The notes below the pieces were generated by a model. The model saw only the letters and a list, made by a program, of their open reading frames with translations. It did not search any database and was not told the origin of the DNA. Below, in pieces: positions 41,912 through 51,290 of a DNA stretch of 64,000 bases. Every line of letters starts with the position of its first letter. Within the stretch, counting starts at the first letter, position 1. Both the position numbers and the translations under genes were made by a program. Source of the stretch: Bdellovibrionales bacterium (GTDB taxonomy: Bacteria > Bdellovibrionota > Bdellovibrionia > Bdellovibrionales > JAGQZY01); contig JANPLN010000002.1 of assembly GCA_031426555.1 (NCBI GenBank), positions 74,712 to 138,711 on the forward strand, in the 5' to 3' direction.

Positions 41912-43236
41912 TTTTAAGTTGTCTCCTTTTCATATTTTTTGCTTTTGCAAATCCAGATCTCCCCGGAGGAGAGCTGACTCATACAGATTTTTCCAGAAAT
42001 GCGTTTAGTCACCCGGGTCCGAATGTGAAAGGCGAAACCAAACTTCAGTTTGGAGTAGGAAACTCTTTCTTTAAAATTGGCTGGCCTGAGGCTCCCGCGT
42101 CCACCTCCGATCGCGATGGCTTAGGGCCCACGTTCAATGCGATTTCATGCTCATCCTGCCACCAACTGGATGGACGTGGCGCGGGCTACTATGCACCCAC
42201 AAGTCACACAGAGTTTAATGTGAACGTGTCGTTGCTCTTTCGCTTAAGCAACGCCGAAAACTACGGGGAACAACTGAACCCGCTGGGTATCAGCGGGATT
42301 CCCGGCGAAGCCCGACCGTCGGTGCTGCTCCGTTTAGTAGAGGGTAAATACGGTGATGGGAGTTCGTACAAACTTCGCATGCCTGAATTTCGTTTTACGG
42401 ACTTTGCCTTTGGCGTGTTTACTGCCAACACGCGAATTTCGCCTCGTGTAGCTACACAAATGATCGGCCTTGGCCTGATTGAGGCCATCGAAGATGCAGA
42501 TATTTTAAAAAAAGAAGACCCAAAAGATCAAGATGCCGACGGTATTTCGGGGCGAGCTAACTTCGTGCTCGATATTCAATCCAACCAAACTCGACTGGGA
42601 CGCTTTGGCTGGAAAGCCTCGCAACCAAGTCTGCGACAACAGAATGCGGCGGCCTTCGCTGGAGATCTCAGCCTCACCACCGCGCTATTTCCCACGGAAA
42701 ATTGCCCCCCAGCGCAATTACTCTGTTTGCAGGCGCCTAATGGTGGAACTCCTGAAATTGCTGAAAACATTCTCGATCGTCTCACTCTATACACACAAAC
42801 ACTAGGCGTTCCAGCACGACGAGATCTGACCAATCCTTCGGTGGTGCGGGGAGAAAACTTTTTTTTACAAATTCGCTGCGACAGCTGTCACACGCCTTCT
42901 TTCAAAACGGGAGCTACGCACGAAGTTCCTTTTTTACAGAATCAAACGATCTACCCTTACTCCGACTTTTTACTACATGATATGGGGCCAGAGCTCGCGG
43001 ACCACCGACCCGATGGTCTTGCCAACGGGCGCGAATGGCGGACGCCGCCTTTGTGGGGCATTGGTTTAATTCCCGTTGTAAACGATCATCAGAATCTTCT
43101 CCACGATGCTCGAGCGCAAAATGTGGAAGAGGCGATTTTATGGCACGGAGGAGAAGCTGCGCCTGCCAGAGATGCCTTTAAGAATTTAAATAAACAATCA
43201 CGAATCGACGTTATCGCATTTATAAATAGCCTGTAG
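41908..43236 (+). CDS. Di-heme oxidoreductase (DUF1111/DHOR)
   Basis: Two CXXCH (CSSCH, CDSCH), GRFGWKA, EWRTPPLWGIG, AILWHGGEA. Confidence 0.92.
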   Translation: MILSCLLFIFFAFANPDLPGGELTHTDFSRNAFSHPGPNVKGETKLQFGVGNSFFKIGWPEAPASTSDRDGLGPTFNAISCSSCHQLDGRGAGYYAPTSHTEFNVNVSLLFRLSNAENYGEQLNPLGISGIPGEARPSVLLRLVEGKYGDGSSYKLRMPEFRFTDFAFGVFTANTRISPRVATQMIGLGLIEAIEDADILKKEDPKDQDADGISGRANFVLDIQSNQTRLGRFGWKASQPSLRQQNAAAFAGDLSLTTALFPTENCPPAQLLCLQAPNGGTPEIAENILDRLTLYTQTLGVPARRDLTNPSVVRGENFFLQIRCDSCHTPSFKTGATHEVPFLQNQTIYPYSDFLLHDMGPELADHRPDGLANGREWRTPPLWGIGLIPVVNDHQNLLHDARAQNVEEAILWHGGEAAPARDAFKNLNKQSRIDVIAFINSL

Positions 43237-43265
43237 AGAAAATGACGTAAACTCAAGGAACGCAC

Positions 43266-43883
43266 ATGAAAAATTTAATCACTGTGACCTTGTTATTTTT
43301 AGCCACGGTTTCCTATGCTCAATCCACGTCGCAGCTTTATGATGAGTTTTTGCAGCGCGAACAAATTAAGTTGTCCCAACCCGAGGGCAACATCATGCAG
43401 TTTTTAAAAAGCGCCGTTCAATACGAAGTACGAAATATTTTGCAGCTCGAAGTTCTTGGCTCCACAACTACTTTTGTGATTCGCGACCGAAATGGCGATA
43501 TTTGTTTTGGCGACGCCACACTTCAAGCCCTTCGTTGTAAAAATGAAATCGGTATCACTAGCTCCAACTATGACAACGAAGGTACAGCCACGCTGCCCGA
43601 CGTTGCGACAAACGAAGCTGCTCCGGCCCTCTACAACGACTATGTAAAACGGGATCAAATCAAGTTTTCGCTGCCAGAAATCGCGGCGATTCAGTATTTA
43701 AAATCGTCAGTGGAGTATGAAGTGCGAAATGTGATTGAGCTCGAAATTTTAAACCCGCCAACGACATTTGTTTTTCGCGACCGCAGCGGCGATATCTGTT
43801 TTGGCGATATCTCAAAACGCCTGCTCCGTTGTAAAAACGAAATCGGCATCACCGGCGTTACTTACCAAGGAGACGGCGATTGA
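43266..43883 (+). CDS. Secreted protein with two tandem ~85-aa repeats
   Basis: YEVRN...RDRxGDICFGD...LRCKNEIGIT occurs twice. Confidence 0.8.
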   Translation: MKNLITVTLLFLATVSYAQSTSQLYDEFLQREQIKLSQPEGNIMQFLKSAVQYEVRNILQLEVLGSTTTFVIRDRNGDICFGDATLQALRCKNEIGITSSNYDNEGTATLPDVATNEAAPALYNDYVKRDQIKFSLPEIAAIQYLKSSVEYEVRNVIELEILNPPTTFVFRDRSGDICFGDISKRLLRCKNEIGITGVTYQGDGD

Positions 43884-43956
43884 ACGCAGTCTCTGTCACG
43901 GCGACGGTTATTGAGCACCGTCGTTGACCAAAGTGACGGTGATTGAGCACCGTCAC
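43870..43956. repeat. Three tandem 24-bp hairpin repeats
   Basis: GAGACGGCGATTGAACGCAGTCTC / GCGACGGTTATTGAGCACCGTCGT / GTGACGGTGATTGAGCACCGTCAC, period 31-32 bp. Confidence 0.8.
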
Positions 43957-43964
43957 AGCACCTT

Positions 43965-45281
43965 TTATAGGACGTTGGCGGCGAGCTCTGCCAGTGGCGA
44001 ACGTTCACCCTTGGTGAGCGAGCAATGGGCTGAAATATCGTAGCCTTTAAAACGCTCTACAGAATACGTCAAACCACTGGTTGCGCTATCCACATAAGGA
44101 TTGTCGATCTGATAACAGTCGCCAGTTAACACAACCTTGGTTCCCTGCCCTGCGCGAGTCACAATTGTTTTGATTTCGTGGGGAGTGAGGTTTTGCGATT
44201 CATCCACAATAAAGTACTGATTCGGAATGCTTCGTCCGCGAATATAAGTGAGAGGTTCAATGTTCAGCATGCCTTGATTGATCAGCTCTTGCGCGCGACC
44301 CGCAGCTTTTTTATCGGCGCCCATTAAAAACTCCACGTTATCAAAAATTGGCTGCATCCAAGGATTGAGCTTTTGCTCAATATCTCCCGGTAAAAAACCA
44401 ATATCTTTTCCCATAGGAAAGATGGGACGACTGACGAGCAATCGTTGGAAGCGCCCTTCATCGAGCGACTTGTACAACCCTACGGCTAACGCCAATAGTG
44501 TTTTTCCTGTTCCCGCTTTGCCAACCAAAGACACAAAAAGAATTTCGTCGTTCAATAACGCATCAATCGCAAACGACTGCTCCACGTTCCGCGGATGGAT
44601 TCCCCAGATTCCTTCGCTCACAGTGAGTAGCGGCACCATTCCTTTTTTGCGAGAATCGTACCGACCAATGGCGCTGTGATTTGGATTCGAAGCATCTTTG
44701 GCGACGATGTACTGATTTGGTAAAACGCGCAAAGAGTCTGCGAGTGGTAAAATTTTGTGTTCGTAAAAATGATTGATTTGCTCAGCGTCCACGTCGAGTT
44801 CGATGTGACCGGTATACATTTCGTCGTTTGAAACGCGCTCAGGCTCGTAATCTTTGGCGTTGATACCAAAAACATCAGCCTTAATACGCAGATTGATGTC
44901 TTTTGTTACAAGCTCCACAGGCACTGCTGGATTTTCTTTTTGCATGGCAAAGGCTGTGATTAAAATGCGATTATCAGCTTTCGAAGCTTCGAGTTCGCTA
45001 GGTAAGCCGGTGGTGGTTTTATCTGGTTCAACAAAAATGCGAGTCTTTCCGTCTTCTAAAAGAACGCCTTTTACAAGAGCACCTTTAGAGCGGAGCACGT
45101 CGATAAATCGACTGAACTGGCGTGCGTTGCGTCCGTTTTCGCCAAGATCTCTCTTAAAGCGATCCACTTCTTCGATCACGGAAATTGGAATATGCACATC
45201 TGCATTTTGAAATTTGCAAATGGCAAGTGCATCAAACAGAATGACGTTAGTATCTACAACAATTTTACGATTTTCAGCCAA
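43965..45281 (-). CDS. phoH: PIN-PhoH (PhoH2-type) protein
   Basis: PIN VVDTNVI...ADNRIL...TKDINLRIKA; GKAGTGKT; YIRGRSI; VDESQNLT. Confidence 0.92.
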   Translation of the reverse strand: MAENRKIVVDTNVILFDALAICKFQNADVHIPISVIEEVDRFKRDLGENGRNARQFSRFIDVLRSKGALVKGVLLEDGKTRIFVEPDKTTTGLPSELEASKADNRILITAFAMQKENPAVPVELVTKDINLRIKADVFGINAKDYEPERVSNDEMYTGHIELDVDAEQINHFYEHKILPLADSLRVLPNQYIVAKDASNPNHSAIGRYDSRKKGMVPLLTVSEGIWGIHPRNVEQSFAIDALLNDEILFVSLVGKAGTGKTLLALAVGLYKSLDEGRFQRLLVSRPIFPMGKDIGFLPGDIEQKLNPWMQPIFDNVEFLMGADKKAAGRAQELINQGMLNIEPLTYIRGRSIPNQYFIVDESQNLTPHEIKTIVTRAGQGTKVVLTGDCYQIDNPYVDSATSGLTYSVERFKGYDISAHCSLTKGERSPLAELAANVL

Positions 45282-45295
45282 GCGTGCCTCCCGAC

Positions 45296-45321
45296 AGTCT
45301 AAGACTCCTAAGTCTTAGACT
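45296..45321. promoter_or_regulatory. Perfect 11-bp inverted repeat upstream of the phoH RBS
   Basis: AGTCTAAGACT-CCTA-AGTCTTAGACT. Confidence 0.55.
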
Positions 45322-45382
45322 TTATTGGACTTCAACCCAACACGCTTGTAAACGAAACTTTATAATGTAGAGCGCAATAGAA

Positions 45383-45907
45383 TTAGTCTCCGAGGCCAGA
45401 GACTAACACATCACCGTGATCGGTTTTTAAATAGGCACTCACATTTTCGATAAATTTTGCGAAATGAAACAACGCAATTTCGTTGATGGTTTCTTTTTGA
45501 AAAGCGCCACCAAAACGATGCACACCCTCTTCATCGATGTAACGAGCATTGTTGATTTTTACGACAAATGGAAAATAGGTTTCGTGGTTGAGATACACTC
45601 TCAGCGCCACCATTTCGCCCACCTTAAATTGACCGTATTCCGAAGGCATTTCAAACGCCAAACCGTTTTCTGAGATGTCATAAAGTGCGCACTTCGTGAG
45701 GCCTTTGTTAGGGACAATCAAATGCAAGCCCACAAATTCCGTCAGAAGCGTTCTCTTTACCCCGCGGCGTTCTTCCGCGATGATCTCCTGGCGCATCTCT
45801 GTGATATCAGTGATCGACGCAGGATCCTGTGATATTTTGCTTTTATGCTTTTTATTCCTCTTGGTGCGATGCTTCTGTAAATCGATAACATTCCCGCTTG
45901 AGCTCAT
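45383..45907 (-). CDS. PilZ domain protein
   Basis: ERRGVKR and DISENG motifs; GGAGGGG RBS. Confidence 0.8.
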   Translation of the reverse strand: MSSSGNVIDLQKHRTKRNKKHKSKISQDPASITDITEMRQEIIAEERRGVKRTLLTEFVGLHLIVPNKGLTKCALYDISENGLAFEMPSEYGQFKVGEMVALRVYLNHETYFPFVVKINNARYIDEEGVHRFGGAFQKETINEIALFHFAKFIENVSAYLKTDHGDVLVSGLGD

Positions 45908-45929
45908 TCCCCCTCCATGTGTTATATAT

Positions 45930-45957
45930 ATATCGGCACAAAAGTGTCTCAACTTTA
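45930..45957 (-). promoter_or_regulatory. Candidate sigma28 promoter
   Basis: TAAAG-N15-GCCGATAT. Confidence 0.7.
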
Positions 45958-46011
45958 AGCATTGTAGCCCTCCACGAAGGCTGCCATGAGAAATTGCGTA
46001 GGTCTTGAAAA

Positions 46012-46791
46012 GTGACGTTAAATCAGGGTGTTATCCTTAGTATCATGGTCCATGCCTTGCTGATCTTAAGTCTTAAGGTCGCATCCTTGAATCTGTTCGA
46101 AGAAAAGGAGCCACCAAAGCTGTATGTGGAATTTCGCGACGAACCCGAATCGCCGCTGATGGCGGAATCCTCGGAGCGCGTAAAAAAACAAACCCGCACG
46201 CGCGACATCAACCCTTCTGCCATCAGTTCCATGCAGCAGCCCCAACAGCAGAGCAATCCCACGGCGCAAAAAAATAAAAGCGCAGAATCCTCTCTGGGTG
46301 AACAGTTGCGTTCCATCAATCCCTCGCCCGATGATTTATTTATTGCGCAGACCCAACCCACACTGAGCTCTGGAGTTCGTGAGCGCCTGCAAAGCTACCT
46401 TCCTCCGGAATTAGAAATTGGTGATATGGTTGCGTTGAACACCGACCAGAATATTTATTATTCGTTTTACCGTCGCATGGCCGAAAAAGTGGTGTGGCCC
46501 TGGGCGCAAAATGTGATCGGCGGTTTTGAGCGCCTGAAACGTCGAGGCGAGCTCGATGGAGTCAGTAAATCGTGGGTGACCATCATCGAAGTTTTACTGG
46601 ACAAAAATGGTGCGGTGATTGCTGTGGAACCTCTCCAGTTGGCTGGCGACTCCGACATGGACGCTGCCCCCATAAGGGCTTTTAAATCCGCAAAAAATTT
46701 CCCTAATCCCCCCACCGAAATGATCGACGAAGACGGCTATATCCGCATTCGCTATCGATTTATCGTCCACTACAATCCTTCTCGACAATAG
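46012..46791 (+). CDS. TonB-like energy transducer
   Basis: TM with SxxxH, YYSFYRR, FPNPPTEMI C-terminal domain. Confidence 0.75.
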   Translation: MTLNQGVILSIMVHALLILSLKVASLNLFEEKEPPKLYVEFRDEPESPLMAESSERVKKQTRTRDINPSAISSMQQPQQQSNPTAQKNKSAESSLGEQLRSINPSPDDLFIAQTQPTLSSGVRERLQSYLPPELEIGDMVALNTDQNIYYSFYRRMAEKVVWPWAQNVIGGFERLKRRGELDGVSKSWVTIIEVLLDKNGAVIAVEPLQLAGDSDMDAAPIRAFKSAKNFPNPPTEMIDEDGYIRIRYRFIVHYNPSRQ

Positions 46792-46838
46792 ACCCGCTGG
46801 ACTATACGGCCCCCGCTTCCGCTTGATAAAATCTTAGA

Positions 46839-47429
46839 ATGCGTTGGTGGATGTTATTATTGTGGCTACCGTCTATTGGATGGGCTCAATACAATGAATA
46901 TTATGAAGTTGGGCTTTCGGGTAACTACCGTAAAACATATCTCACTGAATTAGGAACAACCGAGCGGGCCTATGACGAAAACGCCGCTTACACGGCTTCG
47001 TTTGCCTATTACTTTCGCGAAATGACAGCCATCGAGTTTAGTTATAGCCAAGGAAAGAACACGCGCTTTATTCCTTCGAGCACCATCACTTCCACAACAA
47101 CTCATCGTTACAGTTTATTTGGCGTCGATTTGGTATTTACCTTTGGAAAACGCAGCGATACGTTTATTCCGTATATTAAAGCCGGTGTTGCTTATTTTGA
47201 CAAAAAATCCATCGACTACGAGTATGTGAACAATGGTGTTCCCGAAGCACCACAAACAGTTGAAATCAACTCCACTGTGGTACCCAGTGCCGGTTTTGGA
47301 ATGCAGTTTCGTCTTACTCAAAGACTTTCGTTTAAGGCAGGGCTTGAGTTTTGGACAAGTGGCGCGATTAACAAAGACGTCAAAGACTTTGATTGGGCAG
47401 CTCGAATGGGTATTTCTTGGTTTCTTTAA
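46839..47429 (+). CDS. Outer-membrane beta-barrel protein
   Basis: Signal peptide, FIPYIKAG, C-terminal GISWFL. Confidence 0.75.
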   Translation: MRWWMLLLWLPSIGWAQYNEYYEVGLSGNYRKTYLTELGTTERAYDENAAYTASFAYYFREMTAIEFSYSQGKNTRFIPSSTITSTTTHRYSLFGVDLVFTFGKRSDTFIPYIKAGVAYFDKKSIDYEYVNNGVPEAPQTVEINSTVVPSAGFGMQFRLTQRLSFKAGLEFWTSGAINKDVKDFDWAARMGISWFL

Positions 47430-48478
47430 AGTCCATTCTTTTATGGCTGGCTTGCAGCTTGACCCTCTGCTCTTGCCAGGTGGGTTACCTTTTAAACAAT
47501 GCCTACCATCAAGGGCGAATTTTAAAACGCGCCGTCGCCATTGACGATGTTTTGCAAAACGAATCCGTAAACGCAGACGTTAAAAAAAAACTGATCTTGG
47601 CGCAAGAGGCGAAAAAATTTGCGGAAGACTTTCTAAAGCTTAAAAAAACAAAAAACTACAGCACCTACGTTCAATTGGATGGCCCCTACGTAACCTACGT
47701 GGTGAGCGCCGCCCCCAAAAACGAACTCACCTACTACACATGGTGGTTTCCCATTGTGGGAAGCGTGCCGTACAAAGGATACTTTAAACCCGAGCCGGCC
47801 AATGACCTTGCAAGGGAGCTGCAGGCAGAAAATTTCGACACCTATGTGCGCGGGGTTTCGGCCTTTAGCACCCTCGGCTGGTTTCGCGATCCCGTTCTGT
47901 CTTCCATGGTCAATTATCAGGATATCGACTTAGTAAATACAATTATCCACGAAACGGTGCACGCCACTCTTTATATTTCTGGAAATGCAAATTTTAACGA
48001 GCGGTTGGCAACCTACTTGGGCGACCTGGGCACTCGGCTGTTTTACCAACAAAAAGGCGAAGAGCTTTATAGGCAAGTCGCGCAAACCATTCAAGACGAT
48101 GAATTCGACCAGAAGTTATTTACTGAATTTATCTCCGAGGAAATTAAAAAGCTGGAGGAGTGGTACAAAGATCACAAAAATGATTCCGATTTGCTGGCTT
48201 CGCGCGAAGTGCAGTTTAGCGGAATTAAACAAAACTTTGTAAAAGCGGTAAAAGCCTCACTCAAGACGAAGCGCTATGCGAATTTCGATAAAACCGAAAT
48301 AAACAACGCTCGCCTTTTGGGATTTAAACTATATCTAAATGATTTATCAGATTTTCAGAAGCTGTATGAGCATTTTAAATCCGATTTTTCAAAGATTCTG
48401 GAGTACTGTAAATCCCTTGAAGGTGAAAAAGATCCCGAGGTCAGTTTGAAGAAGTTTGTGAGTCAGAAAACTCTCTAA
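47417..48478 (+). CDS. Putative aminopeptidase (DUF2265-type) lipoprotein
   Basis: Lipobox, WWFPIVGSVPYKGYF, AFSTLGWFRDP, IIHETVH...FNE. Confidence 0.88.
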   Translation: MVSLKSILLWLACSLTLCSCQVGYLLNNAYHQGRILKRAVAIDDVLQNESVNADVKKKLILAQEAKKFAEDFLKLKKTKNYSTYVQLDGPYVTYVVSAAPKNELTYYTWWFPIVGSVPYKGYFKPEPANDLARELQAENFDTYVRGVSAFSTLGWFRDPVLSSMVNYQDIDLVNTIIHETVHATLYISGNANFNERLATYLGDLGTRLFYQQKGEELYRQVAQTIQDDEFDQKLFTEFISEEIKKLEEWYKDHKNDSDLLASREVQFSGIKQNFVKAVKASLKTKRYANFDKTEINNARLLGFKLYLNDLSDFQKLYEHFKSDFSKILEYCKSLEGEKDPEVSLKKFVSQKTL

Positions 48479-48497
48479 AACTCTATTCACACGAAGG

Positions 48498-49106
48498 TTA
48501 GTTTCCTTCTGCATTCCCAGGAGCTGTCCGCCCTGAAGGTGACGATTGCGGCTGAGCGAGCTCTCTTCGCTTCAGAGCTTGTGCCAAATCTTGCTGACTA
48601 ATGAGACCTCCACACTGTGCGGGCATGACTTGCTTTGGATCTTGATTACGAGCAAGCACTTGATCTGCTACTATTTTTTGCAAGAAAGTTATTGTCGCAG
48701 TATCGTTAGTAACGTCTCGACAGTATGGCTTATTGTAGCTCGCCACCCAACTATTACTTTCGCGAAACGGCGTGGCCTTCCCTCTCTCGTAGCTGTACCA
48801 CATACGACCTGCGCTATCTTCCGCACGAAAATAGTTGATTCCACTTAAATTCCATTCCATTGGGCAAACACGCACTTGATTTCTTTCGATAAGCAATACA
48901 CCAGATCGAATATCGTCGGAGTAAATGCCCCCTCCCCAGCCTTCTTTAAACATATGCATAATCGTAGTACGTTCAGGCACTTCAAAAGTAAAATCCTGCA
49001 TCGTTGGTAGAAGTTGCCTTACACATTTCAAGGCATTGCCTTGATTAAGGGTTACAACTGCGTAAGATTGCTGAGCTAATAGAGTGATAAAAATGAAAGT
49101 TTTCAT
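48498..49106 (-). CDS. Hypothetical secreted protein
   Basis: Signal peptide; 4-nt overlap with the ECF sigma gene. Confidence 0.65.
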   Translation of the reverse strand: MKTFIFITLLAQQSYAVVTLNQGNALKCVRQLLPTMQDFTFEVPERTTIMHMFKEGWGGGIYSDDIRSGVLLIERNQVRVCPMEWNLSGINYFRAEDSAGRMWYSYERGKATPFRESNSWVASYNKPYCRDVTNDTATITFLQKIVADQVLARNQDPKQVMPAQCGGLISQQDLAQALKRRELAQPQSSPSGRTAPGNAEGN

Positions 49107-49663
49107 ACCACCTTTTTCGGCATTTCAGCGGTGGAACTTAATTTGAACTGCTCCTTCAGCTTGAGCATGGCATGGCGGTAGTTGGCCTTTGCCGTGTCGT
49201 AAGGGCAATTCATGATGGATGACACTTCCTTAAAACTTAAGTCCTGAAACACCCGAAGCTCCAAGGTTCGTTTTTGCTTGTCTGGCAGCGCCTCCACAAA
49301 CAATCGCAGCTGTTGGAGCATTTCGTCTCTCACCATGTTTGTCTCTATCAAACATGCCTGGAATAGAACCACGTCTTCAATGTTTTCCGTTTCGCGGAGT
49401 GCCCGTAATTTGTTGCGAGCCGTATTGAGTGCGATCTTGTACAACCAGTTTTTAAATGAGCACTTAAACTGAAACTGCGACAGGCTCAAGTAGGTCTTTA
49501 AAAAAGCCTCTTGCATGATATCTCGAGCCAACTCCTCATCCCTCACAAACTTTAAAAGCAAGCGAAGCAAGAGTTTTTCGTATTTTCTAACCAATACGGC
49601 GTAGGCGGCACGGTTGCCATTTTGAATTTCGTAAACCAAATCCTTATCCTGAACTGAGATCAT
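49103..49663 (-). CDS. ECF RNA polymerase sigma factor
   Basis: ARDIMQEAFLK, FKNWLYKIALN, region 4 DLSFKEVSSIM. Confidence 0.92.
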   Translation of the reverse strand: MISVQDKDLVYEIQNGNRAAYAVLVRKYEKLLLRLLLKFVRDEELARDIMQEAFLKTYLSLSQFQFKCSFKNWLYKIALNTARNKLRALRETENIEDVVLFQACLIETNMVRDEMLQQLRLFVEALPDKQKRTLELRVFQDLSFKEVSSIMNCPYDTAKANYRHAMLKLKEQFKLSSTAEMPKKVV

Positions 49664-49900
49664 ATTCCCCCTCTTCCCAGAACAAAATTTAAAATCGCGG
49701 CTGTGATTGGATTTTGGTTACGGTCGCCAGTATTTGATGACAGAGGCTGTAAAAAGATAAATCTTCATCGACCCTCTTTCTGGGAGATTCTCCCTGCCAC
49801 AGACAATAGTTGGCACCCCATCGAAAGTCGAGGCACAGTTTTTTATAAACCCCATAAGAAAAAGCGAGACGTGGGTTTCTTTTTTCGTTAAACTTCTAAT

Positions 49901-50374
49901 ATGACTACAGCTTTTTCAACATCAATTGGTACATCACAAAACGGTTCAAAAATTGTTCTCTCTGGCTATCTCAACGAGGTTGCCACTCTTCCAGCTATGA
50001 AAAAGGAACAAAACTTAACCATCGATCTGGACGCCATTGTTGGCCTCAACTCCATCGGCACCCGCAAATGGTGCCAGTGGATCGCCGACTGCTCCAATCT
50101 TTACGAAAAAATCACTCTGGAAAACTGCCCTGTGATTTTTGTAAAAACATTCAATCAGATTACGGATTCCCTCACTGATAAGTGCTCGGTGAGTTCCGTT
50201 AAAATTCCGTTTTATTCGGATGCCATCGACGAGCGCAAAATGGTGGTTCTGCACCTCGGAAAAGACTATTCGTTTGATGGTCTCTTTCAAGTTCCACAAA
50301 TTAAGGACTCTACCGGCAATTTGATGGAGATCGACATCATTACGGAAAACTTCTTCAACTTTATGAAAAAATGA
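49901..50374 (+). CDS. STAS-like (anti-anti-sigma-like) protein
   Basis: LSGYLNE...IDLDAIVGLNSIGTRKW...LENCP. Confidence 0.6.
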   Translation: MTTAFSTSIGTSQNGSKIVLSGYLNEVATLPAMKKEQNLTIDLDAIVGLNSIGTRKWCQWIADCSNLYEKITLENCPVIFVKTFNQITDSLTDKCSVSSVKIPFYSDAIDERKMVVLHLGKDYSFDGLFQVPQIKDSTGNLMEIDIITENFFNFMKK

Positions 50375-51258
50375 CGCCACTTTTATCGCGCTACCCTGAT
50401 TTTTTGACCAAAGAATCTCTCGCTAAGGTTGCGCCGATTTTAAAAGACATCAGCGTTTTGCACTACCCTTCTGAGCGCACGCATATTCAAAATCTACATG
50501 ATCCTAAAAAGGTGATCATCGTTATCGAAAAGGCCACCATCAAAGAGGTTTTGGGCTTGGCTGAGCGCGGTTACATGCAGTTTGTAAACAAGAATCGCGA
50601 TGACTTTTCGCAAGAACTTTTGTTTTCGGCTCTGATGATAGCAAAACCCAGTTCCTTTGCCGGCCCCTCGCCAATGTTTTTGGCAAATTTTAGCCCCAAC
50701 ACAGGCCCCAACGAAGAAAACCATGTCTCGATTCCGTATACTTCGAATTACGAAAAGCAGGCAATTTTAGAAAAATTGAACTTCTTCCTCATGCAAGACA
50801 ACAAGCTCATCAGTCTCAAAGAGCTTTGCATTCAAGTGGCAGACGAAATGTACATGAATTCGATCTTTAGCGCTCCAGTGGATGAAACCGGCAAACATCT
50901 CTTTCAAAATTTACGCCGCGACCAGAACATCTCTTTTCCCGCTGGCAAAGCTGCAAAAATCTTTTCGTGTTATTCCAGTTCGCGCGTGATTATTGGCTGC
51001 ACAGATCCCTATGGCTCTCTGCGCATCCAAACTTTGGTGAGCTATTTGAACGCCGTCTTTTTAAATGATCAGGCAAAGATCAAGGGCGAAGCCGCCGGTG
51101 GTGCAGGCGTTGGGCTGAAATACATGGTCGAAAACGCATCGCTGTTCTACTCGTTTATTAAGCCGGGCGAATTTAGTTTTGTAGCCTGTGGGTTTTTACT
51201 CAAAGGCATGAAAGCCAATCTCAACGAAAACAAGAACTTCCACTTCATCCAGCTGTAA
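50371..51258 (+). CDS. Protein with a C-terminal GHKL/HATPase-like domain
   Basis: N-box-like VADEMYMNSIF, DPYGSL, G2-like GGAGVGL; 4-nt overlap with the STAS gene. Confidence 0.6.
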   Translation: MTPLLSRYPDFLTKESLAKVAPILKDISVLHYPSERTHIQNLHDPKKVIIVIEKATIKEVLGLAERGYMQFVNKNRDDFSQELLFSALMIAKPSSFAGPSPMFLANFSPNTGPNEENHVSIPYTSNYEKQAILEKLNFFLMQDNKLISLKELCIQVADEMYMNSIFSAPVDETGKHLFQNLRRDQNISFPAGKAAKIFSCYSSSRVIIGCTDPYGSLRIQTLVSYLNAVFLNDQAKIKGEAAGGAGVGLKYMVENASLFYSFIKPGEFSFVACGFLLKGMKANLNENKNFHFIQL

Positions 51259-51290
51259 CCCAAAAGGTACCAAGTACCTTTTTGATTACA
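51254..51290. repeat. Singlet REP hairpin, likely a bidirectional terminator
   Basis: TGTAACCCAAAAGGTAC-CAA-GTACCTTTTTGATTACA; 18 bp identical to 4749-4766. Confidence 0.8.

Noticed and set aside
43870..43956. Possible CRISPR array
   Set aside because: Only three degenerate units with 7-8 nt gaps and no cas genes; reported as a REP-like array instead.
49800..49840. c-di-GMP-I riboswitch-like GGCAC...CGAAAG
   Set aside because: The GAAA-capped stem does not pair and the downstream GCAAAGC element is missing.
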